Shown in pieces: positions 1 to 12,659 of a DNA stretch of 64,000 bases (position 1 is the first letter of the stretch; every line of letters starts with the position of its first letter). Both the position numbers and the translations under genes were made by a program. Origin of the DNA: Octopus sinensis (Eukaryota); NCBI RefSeq assembly GCF_006345805.1, contig NC_043016.1:31992001-32056000 (forward strand), in the 5' to 3' direction. The notes beneath the pieces are model-generated. The model worked only from the letters and a program-made list of their open reading frames with translations, did not search any database and had not been told where the DNA came from.

Positions 1-718
1 GTTTCTTTGGTTGGATGCCTCTCTTTATGCCACCACTACACAGAGTGTACTGGGTGCTTTTAACATGGAGCCATCCATTCCATCATTTTTACATGTACAA
101 GACAAACCATGTTCTATTCACCACTCTAATCCCTATTGCCATTAAAACCACCATTTGGCCATTTCACACCTATCTACTGTTTTAATTTGCAGCTATAATT
201 AATGAAATTAAAAACCTGTTACTACAAAATTATTGCCAGTCACCACTCACTCTCTTCTAAGCTATGCCATTCTTATTAAACACCCTCACCAACTCTTATT
301 TACCATTGATTACACCTGCTCTTGTTCATCATTCGCTACATTCATACCGTGTACACATTTGACTACTTCTACCCCATATTTATGTCCATCCTTCACTCTC
401 TCATCACTACTCTCTTGCAACCTTGCAACATTACTTATTCCTGCTGATTTTGTTGCTCATATGCGACCTTTTATGTAAATCTGCACACAATTGTGTTTTT
501 GTATGTATGAAAATATGAGTGTGTATATATATATTTCTAAAGGCATAATCAACAATCCTTTTTTAAAGTCCATTTTTTAAAGGTGTAGCGTTTGTAAGAG
601 TTGGATTGAATTGATATATCGGTTCCATTTAACAAAAACTGTGATGAAGGGCAACGAGAAACTCAGAGTAACAGATTTTGTTTGAATTGTCTGCTGCTTT
701 AAATAAAGTAGATATATA

Positions 719-761
<43 letters not shown>

Positions 762-987
762 GCACATAAAATACAACACCAGCACCATTCAGTGTTGTGT
801 ATTATCATCTCAGAAATAAAGGGTTAAGTTGAACTTCATCCACCATTAAAATAGAATTGCTTCACAAACATTTTTGAGATAAGTTTTTGTCCCACAAGTA
901 GACAGCATGTCTCATCATTTTCATCATTCATTTTTAACATCACATTTTCTTGCTTCGAAAAACTTCTTAACCAAACTGCCACACCTG

Positions 988-1021
<34 letters not shown>

Positions 1022-1026
1022 ATATG

Positions 1027-1059
<33 letters not shown>

Positions 1060-1523
1060 ATATATATGTGTGTGTGTGTGTATATGTGTGTGTGTATATA
1101 TGTATATATATATATATATATGTGTGTGCGTATGTATGTGTGGATATATATATATCACACACACACACACACATGTATTTTGATCTTCACAGCTGATATT
1201 TAGCATGTTACTCAGTGAGTCTTATAAATTTAAAATAAATTTGAAGCTGATATTATTCTTTCAAGAACCACAGAGCTCTATAGATCTGGTGGTTTCTGTA
1301 AAGTTAAAAGAAAAAAAATTGTCTGGCGCTAGGTAGGATAGCTTTGTCACTGATAACTTTTCCTTTGATGTTTATTCCTCAAAGCTAAGTGGAACTGAAG
1401 TATTTAGAATTGCTTTCTACCATGATAAAATATCTGAAGGAGATTTGAATTTGTAATCCAATACATATTCACCTGGCCATTTTGCTTCTTTGATAGTCTA
1501 TTATGGCTGTTATTGATCTAGAA

Positions 1524-1930
1524 TAGGGCTGGCCAACTTGGGGCCCACGGCCTGCAGACTTTTATCTTTCCGCCCAGTTAATACTTTCTTGAAATGGCTT
1601 TATTTAAACAAACATTTAAAAGAATTTTATCAAAAATTAGAGATTGAAATGAAAAGTAAAAAAATAAAGATACTACTGTTCTTGCGACGATAATATTTCA
1701 TGTTGAATCAATGATCATTCATTCATTATTGTAGTAATAGCAATAAAGTAGATTAATGCAAATTAAAGGTGGTGCTCTAGCATGGCTGCAGTCAAATGAC
1801 TGAAACAAGTAAAAGAGTAAAGAGAGAGTAAAAAGCAAAATGCTTTCAAATCCATCAGTATACAAGCGGCCCTCAAAAAACTTTCTGTGATTAAAGTGAC
1901 CCACAATGTAATTCGAGTTGGCCAGACCTG
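1524..1930. mobile_element. hAT (Charlie-like) MITE with a nested SINE tail
   Basis: TIRs TAGGGCTGGCCAACT / AGTTGGCCAGACCTG. Perfect 8-bp TSD ATCTAGAA (1516-1523, 1931-1938), fitting the NTCTAGAN Charlie target. Confidence 0.85.
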
Positions 1931-2132
1931 ATCTAGAATATACTAGAATGGTTCTGGGAATTTAAGAATTTGCCTATGGAGTGTTGCACAGTTACTGTCT
2001 AATCATAACAGCTCAGTTGTGTGTTGGAGATTAAAGCTTGATCCACAGTGAAATGATGGTAGTAAGGATGTAAATTCATACCTTTAAGGGTCAGCAGTGT
2101 AGCTCTTTGTGTAGCCTATATGTTAAACAAAA

Positions 2133-2500
2133 GGTGCCGGTGGTACGTAAGAGAACCATCCGAACGTGGCCATTGCCAGCGCCACCCCGACTGGCCTCGT
2201 GCCAGTGGCACATAAAAAGCACCATCCGATTGTGGCCATTGCCAGCCTTGCCTGGCCCCCGTGCCGGTGGCATGTAAAAAGCACCATCCGATCGTGGCCG
2301 CTTGTCAGCCTCGTCTGGCATGTAAAAAGCACCCACTACACCCACGGAGTGGTTGGCGTTAGGAAGGGCATCCAGCCGTAGAAACATTGCCAGATCAGAC
2401 TGGGCCTGGTGCAGCCTTCTGGCTTCCCAGACCCCAGTTGAACCGTCCAACCCATGCTAGCATGGAAAGCGGACGCTAAACAGAGATGATGATGATGATA
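2133..2500 (+). mobile_element. RTE LINE 3'UTR-derived repeat with (GAT)n tail
   Basis: Matches the 3'UTR of the RTE at 54375-54985: GCCGGTGGCACGTAAAAAGCACC subrepeats, GTGGTTGGCGTTAGGAAGGGCATCCAGC core and GAT tail. Confidence 0.85.
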
Positions 2501-3314
2501 AGAGAATGCTGAAACACACATAACCAGCAGTACCTGTCTGGTATTGCTTGGGTGAATGAAAATTTTCTACTTTGCATTAATCTACTGCATACAGCAGACA
2601 TGGTTGTGTGGTTAAAAGTCTTGCTTCCCAACTGTGTGTGGTCTCCTGTTCAATCCCTCTGTATGACACTTTGGGCAAATGTCTCCTACTATAGTCCCAG
2701 ACTGACCAAAACCTCTTTTTTGTCCGCTATCTTCTATTTCTTTTATTACTTATTCTGTTGTTCTTACCTTTTCCGTTGTGCCAATCATTACCTACTCTCT
2801 CTTACCTTCCCTCCGGTTTGTACTTACCATCAGTTATCCTTCTACCCTTGTGAACTATTTTCTACATCTTCTTCCATCCCTATGTATCTCTAATCATCCC
2901 TCACTCTCCCCCACTCTTAATGTATCTAATTACCACTTACTCTTCTTGTACACACCTGTGACCACTATCCACCATTCTTTCCAGTTTCTGTTCACCCTCT
3001 TGTACTTTGGAATCTCATCCTAATACCTTGCTATTGTCTCTCCTCTCTGTCTACTAGAGTCCTACTCAGTTGAAGGGTGTCTTATCCTTATGAGATACAT
3101 GTTGACTTCACCAATGCTGGTACCATGAAAAATGTACTTGGTACACTCTGTAAAGTTTTTGATGTTAGGAAGGGCATCCAATTGCAGAAGCCATGCCAAA
3201 GCACTCATTGGAATATGATTCAGTCCTCTGACTCATTGAATCTCATACCAGCATGGAAAACATACTTTAAATGATGATGATTGTGTGTGTGTATGTAAAC
3301 CATAAAATGTCAAT

Positions 3315-3626
3315 GTATGAGAGGTGAATATATTTATTTAATCACTTGTGATCCTTAGGTTTACAGCTGTTTCGCAGCCTTCATGTGGTAATAGTTTCCT
3401 TGTATAATAAAGTATTTTTATATGTCTGCACTAACGTGCCTGTTATGCATTATGTAGTGCAATTGTATGTTTACAAATTGGTGCAAATAAAGAAAGCTAG
3501 CTAGCTCATCAGATCACTAGAGTATCATGGTTATACCAATTCTTCCACCCTGAAATTCTTATATAATGAAGGCTGCAAAATAGTTATAATCCTAAGTGAT
3601 TAAGTAAATACATTCACCTCTCATAC
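3315..3626. repeat. Foldback element with hammerhead-like motif (- strand 3357-3517)
   Basis: 60-70 bp inverted arms GTATGAGAGGTGAAT...GCAGCCTTCAT. The - strand has CTGATGA (3506-3512) and GAAACAGCTGTA (3362-3373). Confidence 0.7.
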
Positions 3627-4393
3627 CTTCTGACTTATGATGGTTTATATACTCACCTTGAAATAATTTCATTGATCAGATCTCCTGCATTTTAGCTACA
3701 TAGAACTCAGCATTATAGCTTTCCAAATTGGATTATTAAATGGTCTGCTAGCCATATCTGTTAGAGGAGCTTTCTGTGATGACTACATGATTCTACATCA
3801 CACTTCAATTGTGTGTGTGCAGTCATGGCTGTGTGGATAGGAAGTCTACTTCAGAATCATATAGTTAGGGGTTCAGTCCTACTGCTTTGTCACTGACAGC
3901 TTGTGTCCTCTGCTATATTACAATTCCTTGTGAGTGAGATTGGTCAACAGAAACTGAAGAACTCCCATCACATATGTATATATATATATTTATAGATGTG
4001 TGAGTGAGTTTGTATTTCCTCTTGTCTTTGTGAGAGTTTGATATTTGTCAACAAAGCCTCATTTTCTCCATACAAACAATGCCATTTGCTGGTAGTCCTC
4101 TATAAAAGTATATCTGGGCTTCAGGACATGTCTTGACATGTTGCATAATCTTCGTAAACAAACAGCTCATTCATGTTGTGTGATTTGTTTCCAGTTACCC
4201 TTGTAATCCTGCCTCAGATGTTCATGGTTCAAAAGTTGGGGAGATTGTCACATAGCTTAGAAACAAGTGGAAGTTAGTGTCAGGGAAAATATTCAGCTGC
4301 AGAAAGTCCACCCTAATGTAGTCTTGTGTGGCCTATGCAACCATGGAAAAGTAAACATTAAAATAATGGTGATAATTATATACTATACTAATA

Positions 4394-4963
4394 CAGGTGT
4401 GACTGTGTGGTTAAGAAGCTTGCTTCCCAATCACATGGTTTCAGGTTCAGCCTCACTGTGTGGCACCTTGGGCAAGTATTTTCTGTTACAGCCTTGGGTC
4501 AACAAGGCCTAGTGAGTGAATTTGATAGATGGAAACTGAAAGTAGCTTATCTTTGTGTGTGTGTGTCTGTATTTGTCCTCCCCATCACTGCTTGACAACC
4601 AATGTTGGTGTGTTTATGTTCCTGCAACTTAGTGGTTCAGCAAAACAAACTGATAGAATAAGTACTATACTTACAAAGAATAAGTCCTGGGGGTGGGGGT
4701 CGATATGTTCAACTAAAACTCTTTAAGGTGGTGCTCCAGCATAGCAGTTAACTGGCTGAAATGAGTAAAAGAATGAAAAAGAATTAAAATAATGATTACA
4801 TACTATACATATATAGGCGCAGGAGTGGCTGTGTGGTAAGCAGCTTGCTTACCAACCACATGGTTCCAGGTTCATTGGCCAAGTGTCTTCTGCTATAGCC
4901 TTGGGCCGACCAACGTCTTGTGAGTGGATTTGGTAGAGGGAAACAGAAAGAAGCCCATCCTAC

Positions 4964-5010
<47 letters not shown>

Positions 5011-5110
5011 TGTATGTTTGTGTGTGTGTGTTTGCCCCCCCCCCCACATCACTTGGCAACTGATGCTGGTGTGTTTACATCCCCGTAACTTAGCAGTTCT
5101 GCAAAAGAGA
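4394..5110 (+). mobile_element. Two tandem copies of the major tRNA-derived SINE
   Basis: Head GGCGCAGGAGTGGCTGTGTGGTAAG, core GGCACCTTGGGCAAGTGTCTT, internal microsatellite. The first copy has the tail GGTGCTCCAGCAT...CTGAAA. Confidence 0.8.
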
Positions 5111-5869
5111 TGGATATAAACATGGTTTGAGGTGATGGTCAGATGTATTGAGGAAATGAATGTGGTGAGTGGTGAAACAAGAGTAGGTGAGGGGGATCAA
5201 TAATAAACATGAATTGAGGGATGGTAAGAATGATGGACAGGTAGATGTTAATTGGGAGTAGCTTAGAGAGGGGAAAGAGAGAGAGAGAGAGCATGGATAT
5301 GGGCAGTACAGAAAAGCTGATGCAAAATGGTTTGTAATACGTTCTAATGGAAGATGAATGGTGAGGTTCAAGGCTGTAAGAGTGCTGTGGGAGAGTGAGT
5401 TATGGATAAAACTGAGATGGGGTAGATAATAGTAAAAAGTGAGGGTAGGTATAGATAGGTGGGTGACAAAGGGCCCGGTGGGGATCCAGTTGTCTAGATG
5501 AGAGGGGAAAATAGATGTGACAAAGATGCTAGAGGAGGGGGAAGGGGCAGTTACGTTTATATTGTGCATCTGTGTGTTCACAATTTTAATTGTGTACAGT
5601 AATCCTTCGACTATCATGGGTGTTATGTTCCAAAACCTCCCACAGAAATAATTAAAATCTAAAAGATTACAAATACCTATTAGCCGCTGAAACCCCATGA
5701 TATAAATTTACATACATTTGCCAGAAAAATCCACGATGTACTGAGTGTGTGATAGGTGAACTGTGATATGGCGAGGGATTACTATACATACTCCTTATTC
5801 TTTCTGAACTTCAGTCATACTGTGCTACCATTGCTGAGCAGGTTTTTTCAAGCAGTGGATTTTGTCTCA

Positions 5870-7020
5870 GTCCTTTGTCATCTCACCTGCCAATCATCTT
5901 GGTCCTGTCATCCCCCATGCTGCTCAACATCATGAGGTCAGCCTTCACCACTTCCTCCCACCTCATCCAGAGTCTTTTCCATAGGTTCTGTCTACTAGAA
6001 GTGATAGCCACGTCTTTATGCAACTGTCCTCATCCATACGCATCACATGGCCAAACAAGTACATTTCATTTGATTCTTCTTCTGCACAGTTTTTCTCTTA
6101 ACACATTTGCTCATTTGTATTCCATCATTCATGAACATTGACATTACACATTGAAAAGAGCACACTTGCTTCATTTCTTTCTATCAGGTTCTCTGTATTC
6201 AGGGCCCTCATCTCACTACTATATAGAATTGCAATTTGTGTACAAGCACCATACAATCTACCTTTCACTCTGAGAGTTAAAAACCTTTTATTGCCAACAA
6301 AAATAATAGCACCCTGAACTTTCTCCAGCCTGTTCTTACTCTGGTTACTATTACTTTCTAATTGTCTTCCATCACAGCTAATTAGCTCACCTATGTTATA
6401 GAGACTATCTACTATGTCTAGGGATCCTTGTGGGTAACTGAGAGCATCTACATCTCATCTCAGTGTTAAACTGCCTGTGTTTCCACTGCACAAAAGGTGC
6501 AGTGGAATCAGCATTTGGTACATGTATTGAGCAAAGCCATTTCCTTGATAGAAGCAGAGATCTGTCTGTTTTCCTTTCACAAATGAATGTTCTTTTCTAT
6601 AGATCAACTGTAAGAAAGGTCATCAGCATATAAAGATTCCCTGGGGTACCCAGTCTCAAACTCCTCTATTTATTAGCAAGGATGACAATGATAATTAGAA
6701 GAGGACCAAGCACTGAGCTCTAGTAGACCCCTTACTTGCACACTAAATTTGTCACTGTATTCATTGTTAACTCTCACATGCTGACAGCACCCTGTGCATG
6801 GTTTGTATGAGACACTCACGAGCCCTTTGTCCACTTCCAGCTTCCTCAGTGGCCACCAGATTGCAGAGTAAAGGATTCTATTGAAGACTTTCACCTGATC
6901 ATTGAATGTTACATACAGCAACTTATCTAGCTAAAAACTTCTCATGTAGTTGTCTTATTAAGAAGATGGCATCAGTAGTATTTCTTCCTGGCACAAAATC
7001 AAACTGTATCTCATCTAAGT
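5870..7020 (-). pseudogene. Degenerate RTE LINE reverse transcriptase
   Basis: The - strand reads EEFETGYPRESLYADDL near 6615-6668, colinear with the RTE at 53111-54374. Many stops. Confidence 0.8.
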
Positions 7021-7035
7021 TAACAATCAACTGAT

Positions 7036-7092
<57 letters not shown>

Positions 7093-7549
7093 GCTTCCAT
7101 AACCTGGTCCAATAATTTGATAAATATAAATATGGTTGTGTTTATGTATGTATCTATATACACACACATGCACAGAGGTGAGCATGTAAGTGCAAAACAA
7201 AGTGGGAAAATAGTACTCAAATACCAAAAAGGTAGAGTAATATGCTTTTATTAAAGCTGTAAAATTTTCACAAGATTGTTACTCAGTTTCATGTTCCCAT
7301 TCATTGGACAGTTGTGATATTTGGTTATATGAATTCCTTAAGAATCAAGGCACATCAACATGTAAGATGCTAGAAAATGGCTAGGTATGATCACAGAGAG
7401 CTCTCAGTGAAATAAAACAATATTGTAGACTTCAAGTGCTGGTGGGATACTGTTGATATGCAAGTACCAAATCCAATTTGTAACCACTGATCTGACTCGC
7501 CAGCAGAGCATCAGGGCAGCATAAGCATAAAACAGTGAATACAAATACT

Positions 7550-7800
7550 GGCATTTCAGTAGAATTTATGTAATATAGTTGCAAAAAATTACATCATAAT
7601 AGACATTCCACCATCATCAGATAAAATTTTAAACAGTCAACTTGGATTTAGCTATGATTTGTTGGCCTAGTCCAGTCCGACAAATGATGGCTATATCCAC
7701 TTTACCTAATTTTACCTGATGATGGTGAGTTGTATATTATGATGTAATCTTTTAAGAATATATTAAATAAAATTCTACCAGAACAGCTATTGTAAATTTT
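7550..7800. repeat. Long palindrome carrying two opposed hammerhead-like motifs
   Basis: Arms invert around ~7672. TCATCAG at 7614-7620, CTGATGA at 7716-7722, then TGGT...ACCA GAACAGCTATT GTAAA. Confidence 0.7.
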
Positions 7801-8227
7801 AAACACCATTCATGTTAACTATTCTACATATATATATATATATTTATAAAATATGCATTTAAGAATAGCTGTCACAGTTTTGTATGACCAGTTTCAAAAG
7901 CAAAAAAACAAAACAAAACAAAAATCCATGTTGTATTGAACTGTAATTGTCCATTATAATTCATTTGTTTATTTATTGCATATCCCACAATGCAAGTTGC
8001 TTTTGAATTTGGCGTTGTGTAGCACTTGTCATCTTGTCAAAATTATTCCAATAATTTCGAAATGGGATGAAGTGAATCGTATATATTGATTGATATTTTT
8101 TATTGATCGATTATTTTTCTTTCAAGAGTTCCATACAAGCCATTTGTGTACTGGATGCTAACAAGTTATTGACCATGATCTGCATGACCCCCATATACAC
8201 AGATATAATTCACTTGTTTATTTGTTT

Positions 8228-8640
8228 AGGCACAGGAGTGGCTGTGTGATAAGTAGCTTGCTTACCAGCCACATGGTTCCGGGCTCAGTCCCACTGCGTG
8301 GCACCTTGGCCAAGTGTTTTCTACTAAAGCCTTGGGCTGACCAAAGCCTTGTGAGTGGATTTGGTAGACGGAAACTGAAAGAAGCCCGTCCTATATATAT
8401 GTGTGTGTGTGCGTGTGCGTGTGTCTGTATGTTTGTGCGTTTGTCCACCCAACATCGCTTGACAACTGATGCTGGTGTGTTTACGTCTCCGTAATTTAGC
8501 AGTTCTGCAAAAGAGACACTTATAGAATAAGTACTAGGCTTACAAAGAATAAGTCCTGGGGTCGATTTGCTTGACTAAAGGTGGTACTCCAGCATGGCCA
8601 CAGTCAAAATGACTGAAACAAGTAAAAGAGTAAAAGAGAG
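8228..8640 (+). mobile_element. Major tRNA-derived SINE, near full length
   Basis: Head, core, (TG)n, tail ...CAGTCAAAATGACTGAAACAAGTAAAAGAG. Confidence 0.9.
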
Positions 8641-8869
8641 AGTATATGTCCTCTTCTTCATAATTGTTTTAACACTCACTTCTCTGAGCTTACATGAGTT
8701 ACATACAATTTGTTGATGTAAATTTTTTTACAGCTGGTTGCCCTTCCTGTCACTAGCCCTCTCCTGTTTCCAAACCAGACCATAATTCCATAATTCTCCA
8801 CAGAAGATTGGAAATAAATATTGCCACTTGTGGCAGTTTTTGTTTACGTGTATCCTGAACAATGAGACA

Positions 8870-9040
8870 AAGAGACACACAAACACAATGGGCTTCTTTC
8901 AGTTTCCATCTATCATATCCAGCCACAATTCTTTGGTCAGCCCAAGGCTGTAGTAGAAGCCACTTACCCAAGGTACTACACATTAGACTAAACCCAAAAC
9001 CATGTAGTTAGGAAGCAAACTACTTAACCACATAACCATG
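8870..9040 (-). mobile_element. Major SINE 5' half, inverted
   Basis: GGGCTTCTTTCAGTTTCCATCTA...CTACTTAACCACA is the reverse complement of the SINE head and core. Confidence 0.75.
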
Positions 9041-10121
9041 TCTATAAAATATATTTATATATATTTTTATATACATACATCATCAGCATCACCATTATTT
9101 AATGTCTGCTTTCCATGCTGGTATGGATTAGATGGTTTGACTGGAACCGGTAAGCTGGAGAACTGCACCAGGTTCCAGTCTGAATTTGGCAATGTTTCTA
9201 CAGCTGGATGCCCTTCCTAATGCCAACCACTCTGAGAGTGTAGTGGGTGCCTCTGGTGTGTGTGTGTGTAATATGCATTGCGCAGATGATAACTGTGAAG
9301 TAAATTTTCCTGGAAGCAGATGCTCTTCCTGTCACTAACCTTTTATCGATTTCTAAAGAAATTGACAATTCTTTTAGTCTATTGAGCAAGAAACAACCTG
9401 GCTTTGCTTTTGCTAAGAATTGCTAAGAAATGGGACTGTTTTGTTTATAATCTGCATTTATCAAAACAAGGTATATATATATACTCAGTCATGGTTGTGC
9501 TCACACATATACATGCATACATACACATGCACACACAAAGGGCTTTTTCCAGTTTGTATCTATCAAATTTCACTCACAGGTTATTAGTCAACTTTCAGCT
9601 ATAGTTGAAGACATCAACCAACAGTGTTAATATAGTGGAAATGAACCATCAGCCAATGGTTCTGAAGCCTGCGTGAGATGCAGTTTGGCTTTGTGCTGAA
9701 AAGTGCTTCTGATGCCATGTTCTTTGTGAGACAACTGTAAGAGAAGTTCTTAGCTAAGAGAAAGCCCCTAGCATTCATTGATCTTGAGAATGCCTTTGAA
9801 TGCCTTGCTGTGTTATCTTAGAGTTACAAAGGAAGCTGAAATAGGTGAATGACTTTTGGGAGCTGTGCAGATACTTTATAGAAGTGCACTTATTACTATT
9901 GAGTTGAGTAGTAATAGTTTTAGCATGTAGTAACAGAACGTAAGTTCACAGTCCTTTCCTGTCTGTTATAGTTTTTCCAAAGCAGAACAGAGCAACTTAA
10001 AACTAGCTGTTTATGGGAACATCTGTATGCTGATGACCTAGCTCTTATAGCAGAATCTGTGAGAAGTAAGGAGTGGTAATTTTAGAGGTGAAAACAAAAA
10101 CCTAGAATTGGTCGGCCTTAA

Positions 10122-10323
10122 CTCTTTTGATACCAACCCATGATCTAAACTTTCTATATAATGTGATCTAAATGAAAGTTTCCCATTAAAATTCTTCATT
10201 AATTTTTAAAGTTCCAATTACCAGCTTAGTAATGACCAAGATATTTTATCAAATTCTTTATTATTTTCAAAATTAATTGAAGCAAATGCAATGTTATTCA
10301 ACAGAAATATGGTAATAAAAGCG
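10122..10323. mobile_element. piggyBac-like MITE
   Basis: TTAA on both sides (10118-10121, 10324-10327) and imperfect TIRs CTCTTTTGATACCA / TGGTAATAAAAGCG. It splits the RTE GLKVN motif. Confidence 0.7.
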
Positions 10324-10965
10324 TTAAGGTGAAATAAGCAAAAGCAAAAGTTTTAGCAAGTAGGAAGTAAAATAGTCTTGAAAATGTTTGTACTCAATAT
10401 GCATTAAAGGAGTAGGTAGCAATATGATATGGTGTGCTTAGCAAAGAATGGGTGTATAAGATGTGAGAATCATCTGCAAGTTAACAGAGAAGGTAGATTC
10501 CATATGCAGCAGGTGCACTGGAACTGTAATCATTGAAAGCATTCAGGAAATAGATTCTCTCAAATACCCAAACGGCTCTCTGAAAGTAGTTGATATATTT
10601 CGTTACATATGTGGCCTAATTAGTTGTGGAAGCAGATGTTTAGAAGTGTAGTAGCAGAGTAAGAGTGGGTTGGAAAAAAAGTTATGGGGAGCAGGCAATA
10701 AAGAGCTTTCCCCTTAGTGTGATGGGCAGATGGTATTGATTCCTTTGCATGAGGTACGATAATGCATAGTAGTCAAGACTCGGGACCCTGAATTCAGTGG
10801 ACAGGTAAAACCTGACAAAAAATGAAGCAAGCAAGCATGCTTTGCTAATAGGGAAACATCAGTGTGAATAAACATTGAAGCTCAGAAAAGCTGAATATTA
10901 GAGGAATCTAGTCTGATATGAAAGAGAGAACGTTGTGCTGATAGCAGTATGTGGTTAGTATACAC

Positions 10966-11222
10966 CAGTGGTCCTCAATAGGGGTTCATATACCCTTTAG
11001 GGTCCCTTTAAGATTTAATTGTTAAAAATTAAGTGCTATGAATCAGTTATACTTCTACTGTATACAAAATATTTTAATGTTTTTCGTTTTTACAATCCCT
11101 TATGATATTTAATTCTAAAAACATAATTGAATTTTTAAAAAACTTCAAATGTCTATGGGGGTTCAGTAGTGTAAATAGAAATCAAAGGGGTCCAGAGGTA
11201 GAAAGATGGTTGAAGAATACTG
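10966..11222. mobile_element. hAT-like MITE
   Basis: TIRs CAGTGGTCCTCAA / TTGAAGAATACTG with degenerate 8-bp TSD GTATACAC/GTATAGAG. Related pieces at ~14650-14851 and ~38974-39130. Confidence 0.7.
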
Positions 11223-12659
11223 GTATAGAGAATAGCAACTGTATGAGGAAGTGTTGAGTGTTCAAAATGAATTGAACATGTGGAAGAGGGAAAATGAGAA
11301 ATACTTGAAACAAAATGGTGAACACTGATCTCAAAGTGCTGCATTTGTGTGAAAAAACACTGGAGATAGCTAGTGCTTGGCAAAACCTATATTAAACTGA
11401 GAGCAAGGAATGATGGAGGCTAGGAAATTCTTAGCTTTTCACACATTTGTATCTAAGTCACCCATTGCTGCCCCTACTGCTTACTCGATATCCTCAAATA
11501 TCTCTTATCCCTTTTTATTCAAAGTACCATACCGTCTGTGACTTAATTTCTCCTGCCTCTACCACCATCTGTAGTTTGCTGCCCCTCTCTCCTTCCAAAC
11601 TGCACTGCTTTTAGTAATGAGGGATTCCAGCAGATCTCTTAATACCTGGTACACTTTCATCTCTTTCCTTATATACTGCTTGTCAATGCTTCCTTCCCAC
11701 CCCCTCATATTAACTCCTTCACTGACATCTATAACTCTTACCAGCTAACATAATAACCCTTTTATGCTGTTAACCTACACCCCTTTTCCTCTGCTATTCT
11801 TTATTGGCATCTCCATCTTCGTTGGTGTCTCTTGCATTGCAATACCTAACACAAGTTGCAATAGATCTGATGGAACCTGATACTCTTTACTGCCACCCCA
11901 CCTCTCTCCCATTCCCACTCACCTATAAACATGTGCTACCTGCCACTACTCCCCCTTCTCTCACCCCTTTATTGATATACTTTACCCTGTTAACTTTACC
12001 CTTCTATATTACTAGCCACCACTTCCTTTTCCCCAGGTGTCACTCATTATTGATATGTCTAACACACTCTTTCTACTAACTGTTTCTATAACTGTTTCAT
12101 CATTTGTTCCACCCACTGCGTTTACTATCTTTCATTACACCCTGCAGTTATGGCCTCTCTTACTGTCTGTCTCTTTTTCTTACAGTGTCTCCCATTTATC
12201 ATTCCCTCCATACTGTCACTTGATTGCTTTGTCCCCTGCCCCACTCCCTCATAATTTTGCTTCTTACTCTTTCTCTGCGCCTACTTTTGTTAATTTTCTG
12301 AACTCCCTTTCCACCTTACCCACTTGCCTCAAATGGATACAACATATAGTTGTGAGGATCCCTTTTTGATTTGCAAAGTTCAAGGAAATTTCACTAGTGA
12401 TGATGCCACTATAAAATCCATCTAATATATTCTGTCAAGTGACTAGCTCAGCATAGGGTTATGGATCGAGAGGACTTTTTAGTCCTATGTTATCAAAGCC
12501 ATGACAGCTTCTTTAGTGTTAGGGTGCCATGGTAAACTTCATGAGCAGACAAAGTCTCCTACCATGTCTTGGACCATATAACCTATCCAATCCATGCCAT
12601 CATGGGAAGTGGATATAAATTAGGGATACTGATGCTATTTGATTCACACACACACACAC

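Larger units (their letters stand above)
9670..11390 (+). pseudogene. Degenerate RTE LINE RT, interrupted by two MITEs
   Basis: AFIDLENAF (~9770) and WEHLYADDLALIAES (~10013-10060), colinear with 53111-54374. Confidence 0.8.

Noticed and set aside
11440-12330. C/T-rich strand-asymmetric tracts with ORFs (also 120-430, 2720-3060, 5120-5550, 14870-15090)
   Set aside because: Low-complexity sequence. At 11440 it lies between an RTE ORF end and an RTE-UTR core, so it is likely old LINE 3'UTR rather than coding.
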